This document shows, in pieces, positions 1-11,983 of a stretch of 64,000 bases of DNA. The translations under genes were made by a program, and so were the position numbers. Position 1 is the first letter of the stretch. Each line of letters opens with the position of its first letter. The DNA is taken from contig OX597818.1 in the NCBI GenBank assembly GCA_951406725.2, positions 31,806,001 through 31,870,000 of the forward strand, written 5' to 3'. The DNA comes from Octopus vulgaris (taxonomy: Eukaryota). Under the pieces are notes generated by a model that did not search any database, had not been told where the DNA came from, and saw only the letters and a program-made list of their open reading frames with translations.

Positions 1-35
<35 letters not shown>

Positions 36-36
<1 letters not shown>

Positions 37-429
37 AGTTATGACGTTCATAAAAAATAAAATGTAAAATGTTTTGTTTTTTGTTTTTGAAAGACACTAT
101 ATTTTATAATCATAGTATATATACTTTAGTGAAAATCGTGCGAGTGTTAATCTACAAATTTAAGAACATTTTTTCCAGTCATTTCTGTTTATGAACATGT
201 ATACGTGCACAAAACATGCAATAGGTGTACGTACGTATGTGTGTATATGAGTGTTCGTGTCTGTTGCCCATATATATTATATTATATTATATATATATAA
301 AATATAACTAATTTCAACGGATTTCGCCCAAATTTGACGTCTATATTACTTAGTTTGGTTTAAAATAAAGAACTTGATTAGCTTAATAATCGTAACTTAA
401 TCCCGGGCAAGGCCGAGTTATACTGCTAG
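36..429 (+). mobile_element. 3' portion of a non-autonomous Helitron-like element
   Basis: Ends CCCGGGCAAGGCCGAG (degenerate GC-rich hairpin) - TTATACTG - CTAG|T at 402-430, matching the Helitron subterminal hairpin plus CTRR end. 5' extent uncertain. Confidence 0.45.
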
Positions 430-683
430 TATGTGTATATATCCCAAATTTGCTAACGCACGAGATATTGTGGTTTAGATATTTATAAGTGAATTAGACA
501 GGCGACGATGTAAGTTTGCATAGTAATTACAATTATCAGGTCATTATTTTACTTTATCTCAACAAAACACAACCTCCATAATATTTTTGTGTGAAAAGAG
601 AGTATAAAAATGTATTGACGCCTGTTCAACTTTCTAGAGTAAAATGCTTAAAAGCTGCAGTTTAACTGCTTTGAAATTATACG

Positions 684-727
684 CATGTATGTATGTATGT
701 ATGTATGTATGTATGTATGTATGTATG

Positions 728-758
<31 letters not shown>

Positions 759-925
759 GTATGTATGTATGTATGTACGTATGAATGTATGTATGTATGT
801 ATGTGTGAGTATGTGCATGTGTGAATATGTGGGTGTGTGTATGTATGTATGAGCATATGTATGTATCTATGTATGTATGTATGTATGTATGTATGTATGT
901 ATGTATGTATGTATGTATGTATGTA
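684..925. repeat. (TATG)n microsatellite
   Basis: Directly visible; source of the HTYI ORFs. Confidence 0.97.
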
Positions 926-947
926 TATACATGTACGTATATATATA

Positions 948-1440
948 GCCGCATGTGTGGCTGTGCGGTATGAAACTTGCTTCTCAACCATATAGTTCCG
1001 GGTTCAGTCCCACTGCGTAGCACCTTGGACAAGTATCTTCTACTATAGACTCGAGGTCGACAATGGCCTTGGAAGTGAATTTGGTAGACGGAAAATGAAA
1101 GAAGCCCGTCGTGATATATATATATTTATATATGTGTGTGTGTGTGTGTTCGTGTGTCTGTGTTTGTCTCCACCACCATCACTTGACAACCGATGATGGT
1201 ATTTTTACGTCCACGTAACTTAGTAGTTCGATAGAAGTAGTTATTACTACTTCTATCGAACTACTAAGTTACGTGGACGTAAAAATACCATCATCGGTTG
1301 TCAAGTGATGGTGGTGGAGACAAACACAGACACACGAACACACAAAGGCTTACAAAGAATAAGTCTTGGGGTCGATTTGTTCGACTCAAAGCGGTGCTTT
1401 ATCATGGCCGCAGTCAAATGATTGAAACAAGTAAAAGAAT
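948..1440 (+). mobile_element. tRNA-derived SINE, family A (internal TA/TG tract), containing a 99-bp fold-back
   Basis: A-box-like TGGCTGTGCGG, B-box-like GGTTCAGTCCC, ACCTTGGACAAGT core, tail GCATGGCCGCAGTCAAATGA.TGAAACAAGTAAAAGA-type; homologous to 25022-25438 and 47315-47730. Confidence 0.9.
1143..1344. repeat. Perfect inverted repeat, 99-bp arms (1143-1241 / 1246-1344), 4-nt loop TATT
   Basis: Arms read as exact reverse complements. Confidence 0.95.
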
Positions 1441-1478
1441 ATATATATATACATAATGCATATATATGTGCCTGTAAA

Positions 1479-1800
1479 GGGGCATAACTAAGTGGTTAGG
1501 GCGTTGGGCTCATAATCATGAGTTAGTGAGTTCAATTCCAGGACCAGGCTGCGTGTTGTATTTTTGAGCACGACTTTTCTTTTTACGTTGCTCCAGTTCA
1601 CTCAGCTGTAGAAATGAGTTACGAAGTTACTGGTGCCAAAGTGTATTGGGCTGTGCCTTTCCCTTGGATAACATCTGTGGCGCGGAGAGAGGAAGCTGGT
1701 ATGCATAGTCGACTGCTGGTCTCCCAAAACCAACCTTAACCGCACTCGAGTATCTTTCTATGAGCAATCTCGTGGTCATTCATGACCAAAAGGGATTTCT
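1479..1800 (+). mobile_element. tRNA-derived SINE with CORE-like middle, family E tail
   Basis: AGTGGTTAGGGCG...GAGTTCAATTCC head; TTGCTCCAGTTCACTCAGCTG middle; tail shared with 5823-5965. Confidence 0.8.
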
Positions 1801-1838
1801 CTCTCACTTTCTCTCTAATGTATATACACACACACACA

Positions 1839-2038
1839 CGAGGGTATGCTGAAAAGTTCCTAGTTTTGGTTAAAAGAAAATTATGATTTTATTCAACAAA
1901 TTCCCCTCTCAGATTCACATACTTATTGCAGAGTTCCTTCAGTTTTTATGTCCTGTAAAAAAAACCTCGGAATTTTGGGCCTCCAACCAGGCAGGCCTTT
2001 CACGGCATCGTTAAACCAGAGACTTTTCAGTACATATG
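1839..2038 (-). mobile_element. Mariner-derived MITE
   Basis: TIR-like CGAGGGTATGCTGAAAAGTTCC and ACTTTTCAGTAC; minus strand keeps a degenerate CNK.VNLRGE.VE* mariner C-terminus; same family at 4699, 4955 and 16930. Confidence 0.7.
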
Positions 2039-2040
2039 TA

Positions 2041-2063
2041 TGTGTCTGTTTGTGTGTGTGTGT

Positions 2064-2135
<72 letters not shown>
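2041..2135. repeat. (TG)n microsatellite
   Basis: Directly visible. Confidence 0.97.
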
Positions 2136-2137
<2 letters not shown>

Positions 2138-2731
2138 TGTGTGTAGTATGGACGATGAAATATATATAATTATACAGTTGCCTTTCACACGTAACTCCAT
2201 TCGTATAATCAATCCTGAAAGCATTCTTGCCTAGAACGGGAAAGATTTTCTCGTTCTGCGTATATTCTAAATCACTATTGAAAGGCTTTACTATAACCCT
2301 GTTATGCCGATGAAATGTTATGATGGTCTACGAGGAAAGGAAGAGAAATATGAAAATATTAAAGCAAAAAAGAGAACAGAATCACATAAAAAATATTTCC
2401 TGAAAATTTTAATATGAAAAGAGAAAAATTATACCAAGACTCTTGAATTTTCTTATGATGAAATACTGATTCATATTAAGTTACCATTATAATGCCATGC
2501 AAGCAAATCTTATCAGTGACATTAATAAACTTAGGAGAAAATTGCATTCTAAATTTCAGGCTGGCATCATTTTGCAGTGTGAACATATTAGTTTGTCCCT
2601 GTTGCCATGGCTATTTAAAATCCGCTGGCATGCTGGTAATAAACACTTCTGTATTAAATATAGGCATCAACAGTAACGTCATCATTATGAAGAATGGCAT
2701 AATTGAAGAAATTAGAGTGATCGAGGTCTTC

Positions 2732-2762
<31 letters not shown>

Positions 2763-2890
2763 TCGTCATTATTACTGTCATCAACTTCATTATCGCTATC
2801 AGCGTATATTATCACCACCTAAAAATATCAGGAGTCATGAGCAGCTTAGCAAGGCCTACATACATTCATAGAAGCATACATACATATATG

Positions 2891-2892
<2 letters not shown>

Positions 2893-2956
<64 letters not shown>

Positions 2957-3200
2957 TACACACACACACAAACGAATAAACGAACACAAACACACACGCA
3001 GACATACACACGCAGACATACACACACGCACAAACTCAAACAATCATACACACGCACAAGCACATACATTCACATACAAACACAAACGCATGCACTCACA
3101 TACAAACACAAACACACACACTCACATACAAACACAAACACACACACACTCACACACAAACACACACACTCACACACAAACACAAACACACATACACACG
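2893..3200. repeat. (CA)n and degenerate CA-rich tract
   Basis: Directly visible. Confidence 0.93.
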
Positions 3201-3744
3201 CACCCTCTACACAAATGTAAGTATATCACGTAGCTTCGCGCACGTTCATTTAAAAGATTATCCCCCCCCCTCATCAATTAAAATACTGTAGTCTATTCTG
3301 ATAAAATACCTCAGGAGTTATATCATCACATGGAATCCGACATCATAATGATGATATCTTGGTAAATGTAATGAAGTACCTCTCATGTGAATACCATAAT
3401 TCATGTGTTAGGACCAAAACTCCAAACTTATAATATCGTTTCACCAAAAAGTTTGCCGTCAGAAATTACTCTAATCATTGCATCATCTCTTTAATCTACA
3501 AGATAGTGACATGCTAGCTGGAACTCAATAGAATAATGTATATATGTATATACATTTATATACATCTCCAAAATGCTTGCTTTATCAGTAATTCATAATT
3601 TTACTCATCACGGAATCGTTTCGGTAAAGACTTTTCAGATCTCTATAAATAACATTATTACTATATAAATTACATTAGGCATTAGGTTACATAACCAAAA
3701 GAAGTTGTATAAAGCAACGATGGACCGGGTGTGTGGTTACAAGA

Positions 3745-3930
3745 CGTAGTGGAAATAACAGCCAAATCTCACTCAAATCACACCTTATTATCCTAAAATG
3801 TGATGCACATTCTGTGTGTTATGTAGCTTTGTATATGCTGTGCTTAAAAAAAAGTCAGTCCTCTGGTGGAATGCGCCCTTGATTATAAGGCTGTTTGACC
3901 AGGTTTAACATGTAACTAAATAACAAAGAT
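3745..3930 (+). mobile_element. Old dispersed repeat (AATA.CAGCCAAATCTC..TCAAATCACAC family)
   Basis: Similar degenerate segments near 12310, 41270-41690, 45920-46110 and 54620-54790. Confidence 0.5.
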
Positions 3931-4317
3931 TGTTTAATGTAGGACAAAACAGACCAAATATGAAAGAATCGGTCTTGCTAACAATGCTTCTTGAACAAAA
4001 TTTAAATGTATAATCGTTGTTCAGTTGTGAAAATAAAAAAAAAAAGAATTCCGTGTATCATCCTGAGTTGCACCTGGGTACATCAGTAGTGTCTCCTTTG
4101 AGCCATTAACTGATTCGAGTCTTTCAACATCAGACATTCTCACCCAGGTGATTCAGTCGAATTTCATCAAGTCTCAGCTTGTGACCAGTTAGCTCTACCC
4201 CTGGTAGCAGTCTTCCATCAACACCCACACTGCTGTAACTCCATAGCATTATCTGATAGCCTTCCGTTTACTGAACCCTATCATGCCAAATATGTTGTAA
4301 GCTTTGTAGAACGACTA

Positions 4318-4578
4318 AAGGTAAAGGGTAAAATTACCTTCTCGAGTCATACAGGCTCGTAAGGGCCGGTTTCCCGGTTCCATGGTGTATATATTCCCCA
4401 CCTGAACGGAACGCCGATCCCCGTCGCAGCAATATCTATTTTGCCACCTGAGTGAACTGGAGCAACGTGAAATGAAGTGTTTTGCTCAAGAACACAACGC
4501 GTCTCCCGGTTCAGGAATCGAAACCATAAACTTGCTATCATGAGTCCAACACCCAAACTACTAAGCCATGCGTCTCCA
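4318..4578 (-). mobile_element. tRNA-derived SINE, family C (CORE-like)
   Basis: Reverse complement of the 36256-36506 and 44040-44275 type head and core. Confidence 0.88.
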
Positions 4579-4619
4579 CTGTAGAGAGCCTTGGTAAGCA
4601 TGTTCAAAAGTGAAGTATG

Positions 4620-4695
4620 TAATATCGGCTTCAGATTTCGGCACAAAGCCAGCAATTTCGGAGGCGGGAATAAATCAATTACGTCGATCCCAGTC
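4620..4695 (-). mobile_element. 3' tail fragment of SINE family B
   Basis: TTCAGATTTCGGCACAAAGCCAGCAATTTC matches the tails at 58325 and 61635. Confidence 0.7.
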
Positions 4696-4698
4696 CTC

Positions 4699-5130
4699 AA
4701 GAAAATACAGGAGGATCAGTTAATTATGATTTTATTCAGCATATTTCTCTCTCAGATTCACGCTTGTTGCAACGTCCTTCAGTTTCTCTAAGCCCCATAA
4801 AAGAACTCTGAAGTTTTGGGACTCCAGCAAGGCATTTCGCGATATCCTTAAAGCTAGGAACTTTTCAGCATCCCCCCATGTGCACACACACACACACATA
4901 CACACACACACACGCACACACACACACACGCACACACACACACACACACATAAAGGTAGGGGCTGATAAATTCGTGGCTTTGAAAAGAAAATACAGGAGG
5001 ATCGGTTAATTATGATTTTATTCATCATATTTTCCTCTTAGATTCACACACTTATTGCAGCGGTCCTTCAGTTTTGCTAAGCCCTGTAAAAGAACGTTGA
5101 AGATTATGGCTCCAACCACGCCTTGAAACC
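4699..5130 (-). mobile_element. Two partial mariner-derived MITEs separated by (CA)n
   Basis: GAAAATACAGGAGGATC.GTTAATTATGATTTTATTCA...CAGATTCAC occurs at ~4701 and ~4988; AGGAACTTTTCAGCATCCCCC terminus at 4856-4877. Confidence 0.72.
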
Positions 5131-5368
5131 GAAACCTGTACAATAATGATGCAGTCATTGTTATATAAATAAGGTGACTTTGCAACCACGCTGTTTTTTT
5201 AGGTTCAATCCTAACAAGATGGTCCTTGCAGAGGTGTTTTCTACTACAGCCTCGAACCGACTAATGTCATTTGAGTGAATCTGGCAGACTGAGATTGTGT
5301 GGAAGCCCGTCGTATATGTATGTAATCTGTGCGTGTGTGTATATATAAATACACACACAGATATATAT

Positions 5369-5700
5369 AGTAATACTTTATAATTAGGGTTCAGCAGAGA
5401 TTTGCTTCACCACATACCGAAGTTTAGAAATAGCAGTCAAAAAATCTTAGCTATTCCTTCTACTGCGTGGATTGTTTTCAAGTACTTTGGTTTTTCTGGG
5501 AGCCCCTTTTAAAGTAGAAGGAATAGCTAAGATTTTTTGACTGCTATTTCTAAACTTCGGTATGTGGTGAAGCAAATCTCTGCTGAACCCTAATTATAAA
5601 GTATTACTTAAGCTTACCATGAAATGGTCTTTTTCATGCCGAATTCTACTTGGTGAAATTACTGATTACTTCTTACTTAATTAATTTTACCCTTTGTTAT
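5369..5700 (+). mobile_element. Non-coding element with a perfect 96-bp inverted tail; putative Penelope-like pLTR derivative
   Basis: 5369-5464 is the exact reverse complement of 5513-5608; homologous to 55900-56100; flanked by (TA)n. Confidence 0.6.
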
Positions 5701-5732
5701 TATATATATATATATATATAACATCAGTGGTG

Positions 5733-5768
<36 letters not shown>

Positions 5769-5784
5769 ACATCAGTGGTGTATA

Positions 5785-5822
<38 letters not shown>

Positions 5823-5965
5823 ACATCAGTGGTGTGGAGAGGGAAAGGTGGTACGCATGGGCAACTGCTGGTCTTCCATGAAACAACCTCTCCGGACTTG
5901 TGCCTTTTGGGGAAATTTCTAGGTGCAATTCCATGGTCATACATGAAGGAAGTGGGGTTCTATAC
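5823..5965 (+). mobile_element. 3' half of SINE family E
   Basis: ACATCAGTGGTGTGGAGAGGG...ACTGCTGGTCTTCCA...GGTCAT matches 1671-1800. Confidence 0.75.
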
Positions 5966-6924
5966 CCCTCACTCTTTAAACTGGGTTAAGTTTTATTTAT
6001 GAAATACACTTGTTTTGAATTTGATGCGGAAAGTGGCCATGTTTGTGGTGGTGAGTGGAGAAGGGGTGGCTGAGAACGTGGCCATAGGTAGAGGTGAAGC
6101 AGCCTGAAAATGTTTGGAGCCACTGATATAGAGGCTTGTAGTGAAGGTGGAGAGAGCGACAGCGATCGTTATCTGAATGAGAAAATCATTCACTATTTCA
6201 TGAGGCCTGTACGAAAACAAAGCAAAAAATAAAACTCTTAAGGAAAAGCTAGACATGATTGGGTCTTGTTGGTCGCATGTAACAACACTTTCAACATGGC
6301 GTTTAGTTATTCATTCATCGACATATTCATTTACGACATTGCAAAGGAAGTGATGGCAGCTGCTGACAGAGCGATATGTTGCGGGAAGCGGTTTATAACT
6401 GGCAATAAATCCAATCTAACTGGCAAGCAGCTGTTTAGATGTAGCATTCAAGTAAATCCGGGTACACGGCGGAAACACATAGAGATCATGATAATACCCA
6501 TTTTTATTTCATTCCCTTTCATTCCACCTTCTCTTCAATTCTTCTTTTCCTTCTTCTCCTCCACTTCCTCGTACTCGTTATCATTATCACTATCATTGCC
6601 ATTATCAATGTCGTCATCGTTGTAAAACTTCATTTTCACCACCACCCGTTCTTCTTTTCTGCATGTCAGTATCGTTCGCGGCATCTGAATTCAGTGCCTC
6701 ACTCTTCTTTAATTAATTCCTAATTGAAGTTGACCAGTCATTTCTATCTTATTTAAGTGCATATATTTTAAACTAAGTACATGCTGCATAGATTGATGGT
6801 GTCTCGGTAGAGAGATCTTTTGTATTTAAGACGATAAATGCTGGAAATGAATGTACTCTATGAAACTTTAATCGTATATTAAATATCTGTTCACGCTATT
6901 GATGTTTTTCTTCAGTGTATCCTC

Positions 6925-6927
<3 letters not shown>

Positions 6928-7003
<76 letters not shown>

Positions 7004-7208
7004 ACATTATCATCATCATAATTTTGGCGTTTTTTATTATTATCATTGTTGTTGTTGTTAATAATAATAATAATATTAATAATTATGATATTAATAATAA
7101 CAACAACAACAACAATAATAATAATAGTAATAATAATAATGATAACAACGACAACAACAACAATAACAACAACAGCAGCAGCAACAACAACAACAACAAC
7201 AATAATGC

Positions 7209-7266
<58 letters not shown>
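6928..7266. repeat. Compound (CAT)n, (AAT)n, (AAC)n trinucleotide microsatellites
   Basis: Directly visible. Confidence 0.96.
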
Positions 7267-7267
<1 letters not shown>

Positions 7268-8481
7268 TGTTCTTAAAGATGGTGGTTCATTGTTTCAATA
7301 TGATTAAGCTTTCTATCGATCACAAATCGTAACTTACGATGAAGTATGTATTTACCTTTTTTTTGTATTTTTTCCATTTCGTTTTAACCTCTCATATGTG
7401 ATCAGTAAAATAAAAAAGGCAGCAACACAGAACAGTGGATTTGAAGAAGTATTATTGCAAGCGTAAGGAGAAATATGTTGCGGAATGTCTTCCCACTCTT
7501 TGCCATTTGACAGCATTGCCTGCAACGACGCTGGGACCAAGCTGTAGCAATCAGATACTGAGCTCGGTCTTCAGAATTTGAAAAGAAACAATGTTAAATT
7601 TCGAACTTCAGAAAAGCGTTGAATAGCATTACTGTTATGCTTACAAGTTATATTTGTTCTGTGCGTGTTAACATGTTGATTTTATTTTTCTGAAATCCCT
7701 AGCTTTTCCAAATTGTCACTTAAATATTTACTAAGAAAACCAAGTGTACCAATTCTTATTGGTTTGTATGTACGTACGTATGTATGTACGAATGCACGCA
7801 TTCATGTATGAGTGTATGTAGGTTTTCTTCTAATTTTAATCACTTGAAATATTCTGTAATGAAAAAACTCCGTCGTTCTAATATAGATAATAACATCTGT
7901 TACATTTTGAACTTGAGAAAGGTCTTGCCTATTTTTACGAAGGTTTGCCGATAAATTCTTAGGTTAACTATGAAAGAGTGATGCTAGAGCAGTGAAATTT
8001 TGAATACTTTAATTTCAGATCTTCATATTAATAACCACATTGTTTCTTTCCAGGCAAACTGATATCTGAGTGTTCAAAAAATATTTAAAATTTAACTAGT
8101 GGTGACTTCTCTTGAAAATGGACAAAATTTCGCATCTATAGAAATTCAAGCATAAGAATATCAATTAATAAAAAAATATATACCTTTTCAAGTTGAAATA
8201 AACATAAAATGATGTTTGATGGTGTGTCTATTAACTTCTGTCATGCTTGTGTATATAAAGTATTTCCTTTGAGTTTTATTTAAGTTGTTCTTAAGAGAGA
8301 TGAAACCTGTCACTAACAATGTATAAGGAGTTCTTGAGTTAAGAGAATTCCTAGTAATTGTAAATATATGATTGCATTGGTGTGTTCGTTGAGCTGTCGA
8401 TGCACATACGCAAATGTCTGCATCTATTCACTTAAAGAACGGTATATACTAGTATGTATGTATGTATGTGTGTATGTATGT

Positions 8482-9215
8482 TATTATTCAGTTTATTTCA
8501 AGATTTCTCGCCAAAAGAGAAAGAATCAGTTTCTAACCTAGATCTAAGGCTCCTTCACTGGAATTTCAACATCAACAGGGTATTTTTGTAAAACCTGAAC
8601 TTGTAATCTCGATAGAGTAACTGAAGATTTCGCAATAATTCAGCAAAGTTTTTTTTTTCACTGATTTTCAGTTTTATGTTTAACACCACTGGGCAGCTGA
8701 TTTCCATAATTGTACACAATTCTCTTTTCTGTCTCAAATCAATATATCAGGTCTATTGTGTTTAATTAAGTTTTCACAGGGACATTCCACCAGTACTCCT
8801 TTTTATTATGAGTGGCTATCGCTTCCACCATACTGTGAGTTCTTTTTTCCTTTTTGTCATTGGGGTTATTCTTTCGACGGATCTTGTTATACATTGTCCT
8901 TGGATATGTGTTTGGGTAGTACAATGGATATGTGTTTGGGTAGTACGTCGGTTGTTCGTCCATGATAGACTGCTTTGATGATTAATGTTACTATCCTCTC
9001 GGAATTTTCTACTAACATATCATATACGCTCATCCTTTCATCTGATGATACGCTTCGGTAGAGCCATGCGACTTCTTTAGGTATGTATTTAAGGTAATCA
9101 GAAAAGGAATGGTGCTCAAGGAGCTGCCTTCCGAGTTCCAAATTGTCTTAGTTCGGCTGTAATATACTTTAGTGACACGTGTGTTGTTACAGGTGCCATT
9201 GTAAGATATGTTGAA
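8482..9215 (-). mobile_element. Decayed R4/Dong-like non-LTR retrotransposon (RLE domain, 3' end, upstream fragment)
   Basis: Minus-strand peptides RPDILI, CTIMEISCP, LKISEK, LLRNLQLLYRDYKFRF align with the copies at 14450 and 20548; (TATG)n on both sides. Confidence 0.82.
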
Positions 9216-9291
9216 TGTAAGTATGTATGTGTGTATATATGTATGTATGTATAAATGTATATGCGTATGTGGAGAAAGTATCTGGGTATGT

Positions 9292-9323
9292 CTGAAGAGC
9301 AATCAACAAACTGTGAACTGGTC
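9292..9323 (+). ncRNA. Degenerate hammerhead-like motif homologous to 39158-39193
   Basis: CTGAAGA GCAAT CAACAA ACTGT GAA CTGGTC versus CTGACGA GCGGT CAACAA ACTGC GAAA TAGTTGGTC. Confidence 0.4.
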
Positions 9324-9354
9324 TGCTTTGAGTCAACCCACACCCCATCCTTTT

Positions 9355-9423
9355 TAATGGCGGTGCCCCAGCATGGCCACAGCTCGTGAGCTGGAACTAG
9401 ATGAAATAAAAATAAAAATAAAA
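9355..9423 (+). mobile_element. Retroposon 3' tail (GGCGGTGCCCCAGCATGGCCACAG...A-rich)
   Basis: Same motif as the SINE family A 3' end, followed by (TAAAAA)n. Confidence 0.65.
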
Positions 9424-10827
9424 TGTACAGTTGTGTCATTTACGTACCTCTCTTGCAACCCACTCGTCTACTGTCCATCTATGAATCAGAGAAGATTGAC
9501 TTTTTTGTGACTCTCTTATTTCATGAGCGGCAAATTGTTTCTCTGTCTATCTTTCTACGATTTAGCAGTTTGTTTCTCTTTTCATATGTCTGTCTAGCAG
9601 CCTGACCGTGTGTCAGATGAGATTGAAAACTGATGCGAAATCAGAAGCAGGCTTCTGATGCTAATCCTTGCAATCCTGTCATCCAATTGGGGATGGTGCA
9701 TGGCGTGAATGCGCTGTGTAAAGCTGGGTGGATAAAGGAGAGAGGGAGAGGTTGTTGTGGAAGCAAGGACGGAAATGTGATGATTAATTCAAGATTGATC
9801 AGCCTTCTTTTTCAGCCCGCTCTTCTTACCATCGTATCTCACCCCATGATTTATATGGGGTATTCATAAGCACACACACGCACACACACACACACATACA
9901 CACACACACACAAAACGTACACACACACACATACACACACACATACACACGAACACATATATACTTACCTGTATATCTAAGTGTCTATGCGTATGGATAT
10001 GTGTATGCATGTACGTGCGTGTGTGTGTATGTGTGCGCGTGCGCATTTGTGTATGTGAGTGAGTGAGTGAGTTAGTGAGTGAGTGAGTGTGTGTGTGTGT
10101 GTGTGAGTGTGTGCATAAGGCATTAGAAACTTGCAGAAAATTCCCACAGTACATGAATTATAAAGTGTAAGGAAAAGCAAACTCGAGCATCTGGCTTTTG
10201 GAATATTTTTAGGCGTTTATCTTTCTCTATAAATCGATTAATTCAGCCTGCGGTACAAAGACCCTTGCATCATTATACAGCGGTTTAGTAATGAACAAGA
10301 TCGAAAAGGCAATCGGAAAGATACAGAGTGAATTAGGAGCCTATTTTCGAGCGCTTTCAACTGAGTGTCAATGGAAAGCTTTCAAATATCATTGGTATTG
10401 CCGCAGGATCATTGCCGGATCATTTAGAATCATCTCTACAGGAACGGTAGAGTCGTCGGCTGGCTCTGTCTGAAATGTGAATAAACAAGGAAACTGTCTG
10501 GTAAGCATTCCTTCAGAGTACCAGTATTGCTGATACCTCTGGGGTTATCCTTTGAACTATAGGCACAGGGCCTAAAATGTTAGGGGAATAGTATAGTCGA
10601 TTACATCGCCCAAGTGCCCGACTAGTACTTATTTTATCGACGCCGAAACGATGAAATACATAAATCTCTAATTTACGCGCACACACACACATTGCAAACA
10701 CACACACACATACAGACACACACACACACATACAGACATACACACACACACACAAACACACACACACATACACACACACGCAGACAAACAAATACACACA
10801 CACACACACACACATATACACATATAT

Positions 10828-11023
10828 ATGGTAATGAGCAAATTATGAAATAACGAAAGTGGCTAAACGAAGCATATATATATATATATATACATATAAA
10901 TGTATGTATATATATATATATATACATATAAATGTATGTATATATATATATATATATGTATATATATGTATATATATGCTTCGTTCAGCTACTTTCGTTA
11001 TTTCATAATTTGCTCATTACCAT
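10828..11023. repeat. Inverted repeat, ~47-bp arms (10828-10874 / 10977-11023) around a (TA)n-rich spacer
   Basis: ATGGTAATGAGCAAATTATGAAATAACGAAAGTGGCTAAACGAAGC and its reverse complement with 2 mismatches. Confidence 0.88.
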
Positions 11024-11112
11024 TTTCCTGAATCATCCATTAATCCTTATGGTAAAGACTATATACTACCAGGTAGGATTTAGCTTAACCATAAGCGATG
11101 GAATAGTCTCTA

Positions 11113-11144
11113 CTGATGAGATTTAATTCAAAGCGAAACTAGTT
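11113..11144 (+). ncRNA. Minimal hammerhead-like motif
   Basis: CTGATGA GATTT AATTC AAAGC GAAA CTAG TT: core boxes intact, stem II has one mismatch, palindromic stem III, stem I poor. Confidence 0.4.
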
Positions 11145-11308
11145 TGCTATACAGTGGCCTCGCTCCACTGGCAGTACATGGACTATGTATTTTTTGTGAC
11201 TATAAGAGTGGTTGACTCTTGTTTCTAACAATACTCTGCACCGTCGGTCACTGAACTTTACGCTTTTGATTATATATATATGTGTGTATGTGTGTGTGTG
11301 TGTGTGTC

Positions 11309-11377
<69 letters not shown>

Positions 11378-11640
11378 GTGAAACAGGACTGATTTAGTTA
11401 TTTCTCTGTGGACTAAAAAAAAAAACAGAGCTACTAAAATCTTAATCGATTTTTGAACCCTATTGGATTCACATCAAAAGAAATCTGCATTAAATTAACG
11501 AAGTTTCTAGCCGTCAATTTTTTAATATATGTATTCAAGAAATACAGTACCTACAGAAAACTGGAGCGATTAGTTTGCATACCCTAACTGTTAACACACG
11601 CAAACCCTCATACACTCACGCATACAAAGACACCCCACCC

Positions 11641-11678
<38 letters not shown>

Positions 11679-11808
11679 ATTTGCATGTGTATGTGTGTGT
11701 GTGAATGTATCAATATTGTTTCTTTCGTTATTTACTTTGACAAACAATGCCTATTCTTAAATCATTTTTACATCTGTGCTGTTTGAGATAGCTAATCGGA
11801 TAACCATT

Positions 11809-11812
<4 letters not shown>

Positions 11813-11905
<93 letters not shown>

Positions 11906-11908
11906 ATA

Positions 11909-11980
<72 letters not shown>
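11813..11980. repeat. (TG)n microsatellite
   Basis: Directly visible. Confidence 0.97.

Positions 11981-11983
<3 letters not shown>

Noticed and set aside
2492-3220. 242-aa ORF with a hydrophobic poly-Ile stretch
   Set aside because: Built from (ATC)n and (CA)n repeats; no recognisable domain.
5700-5835. CRISPR-like repeat-spacer appearance
   Set aside because: 13-bp repeat with (TA)n spacers, no cas genes, eukaryotic context.
5993-6330. Possible CR1/Jockey APE endonuclease relic (LFSYRP)
   Set aside because: No GDFN or other diagnostic motif visible.
7352-7560. Possible minus-strand exon with a signal-peptide-like frame (MAKSGKTFRNIFLLTLAIILLQ), or a Tc1 C-terminal relic on plus
   Set aside because: The frame stops after about 34 residues and the two interpretations conflict; neither is supportable without a search.
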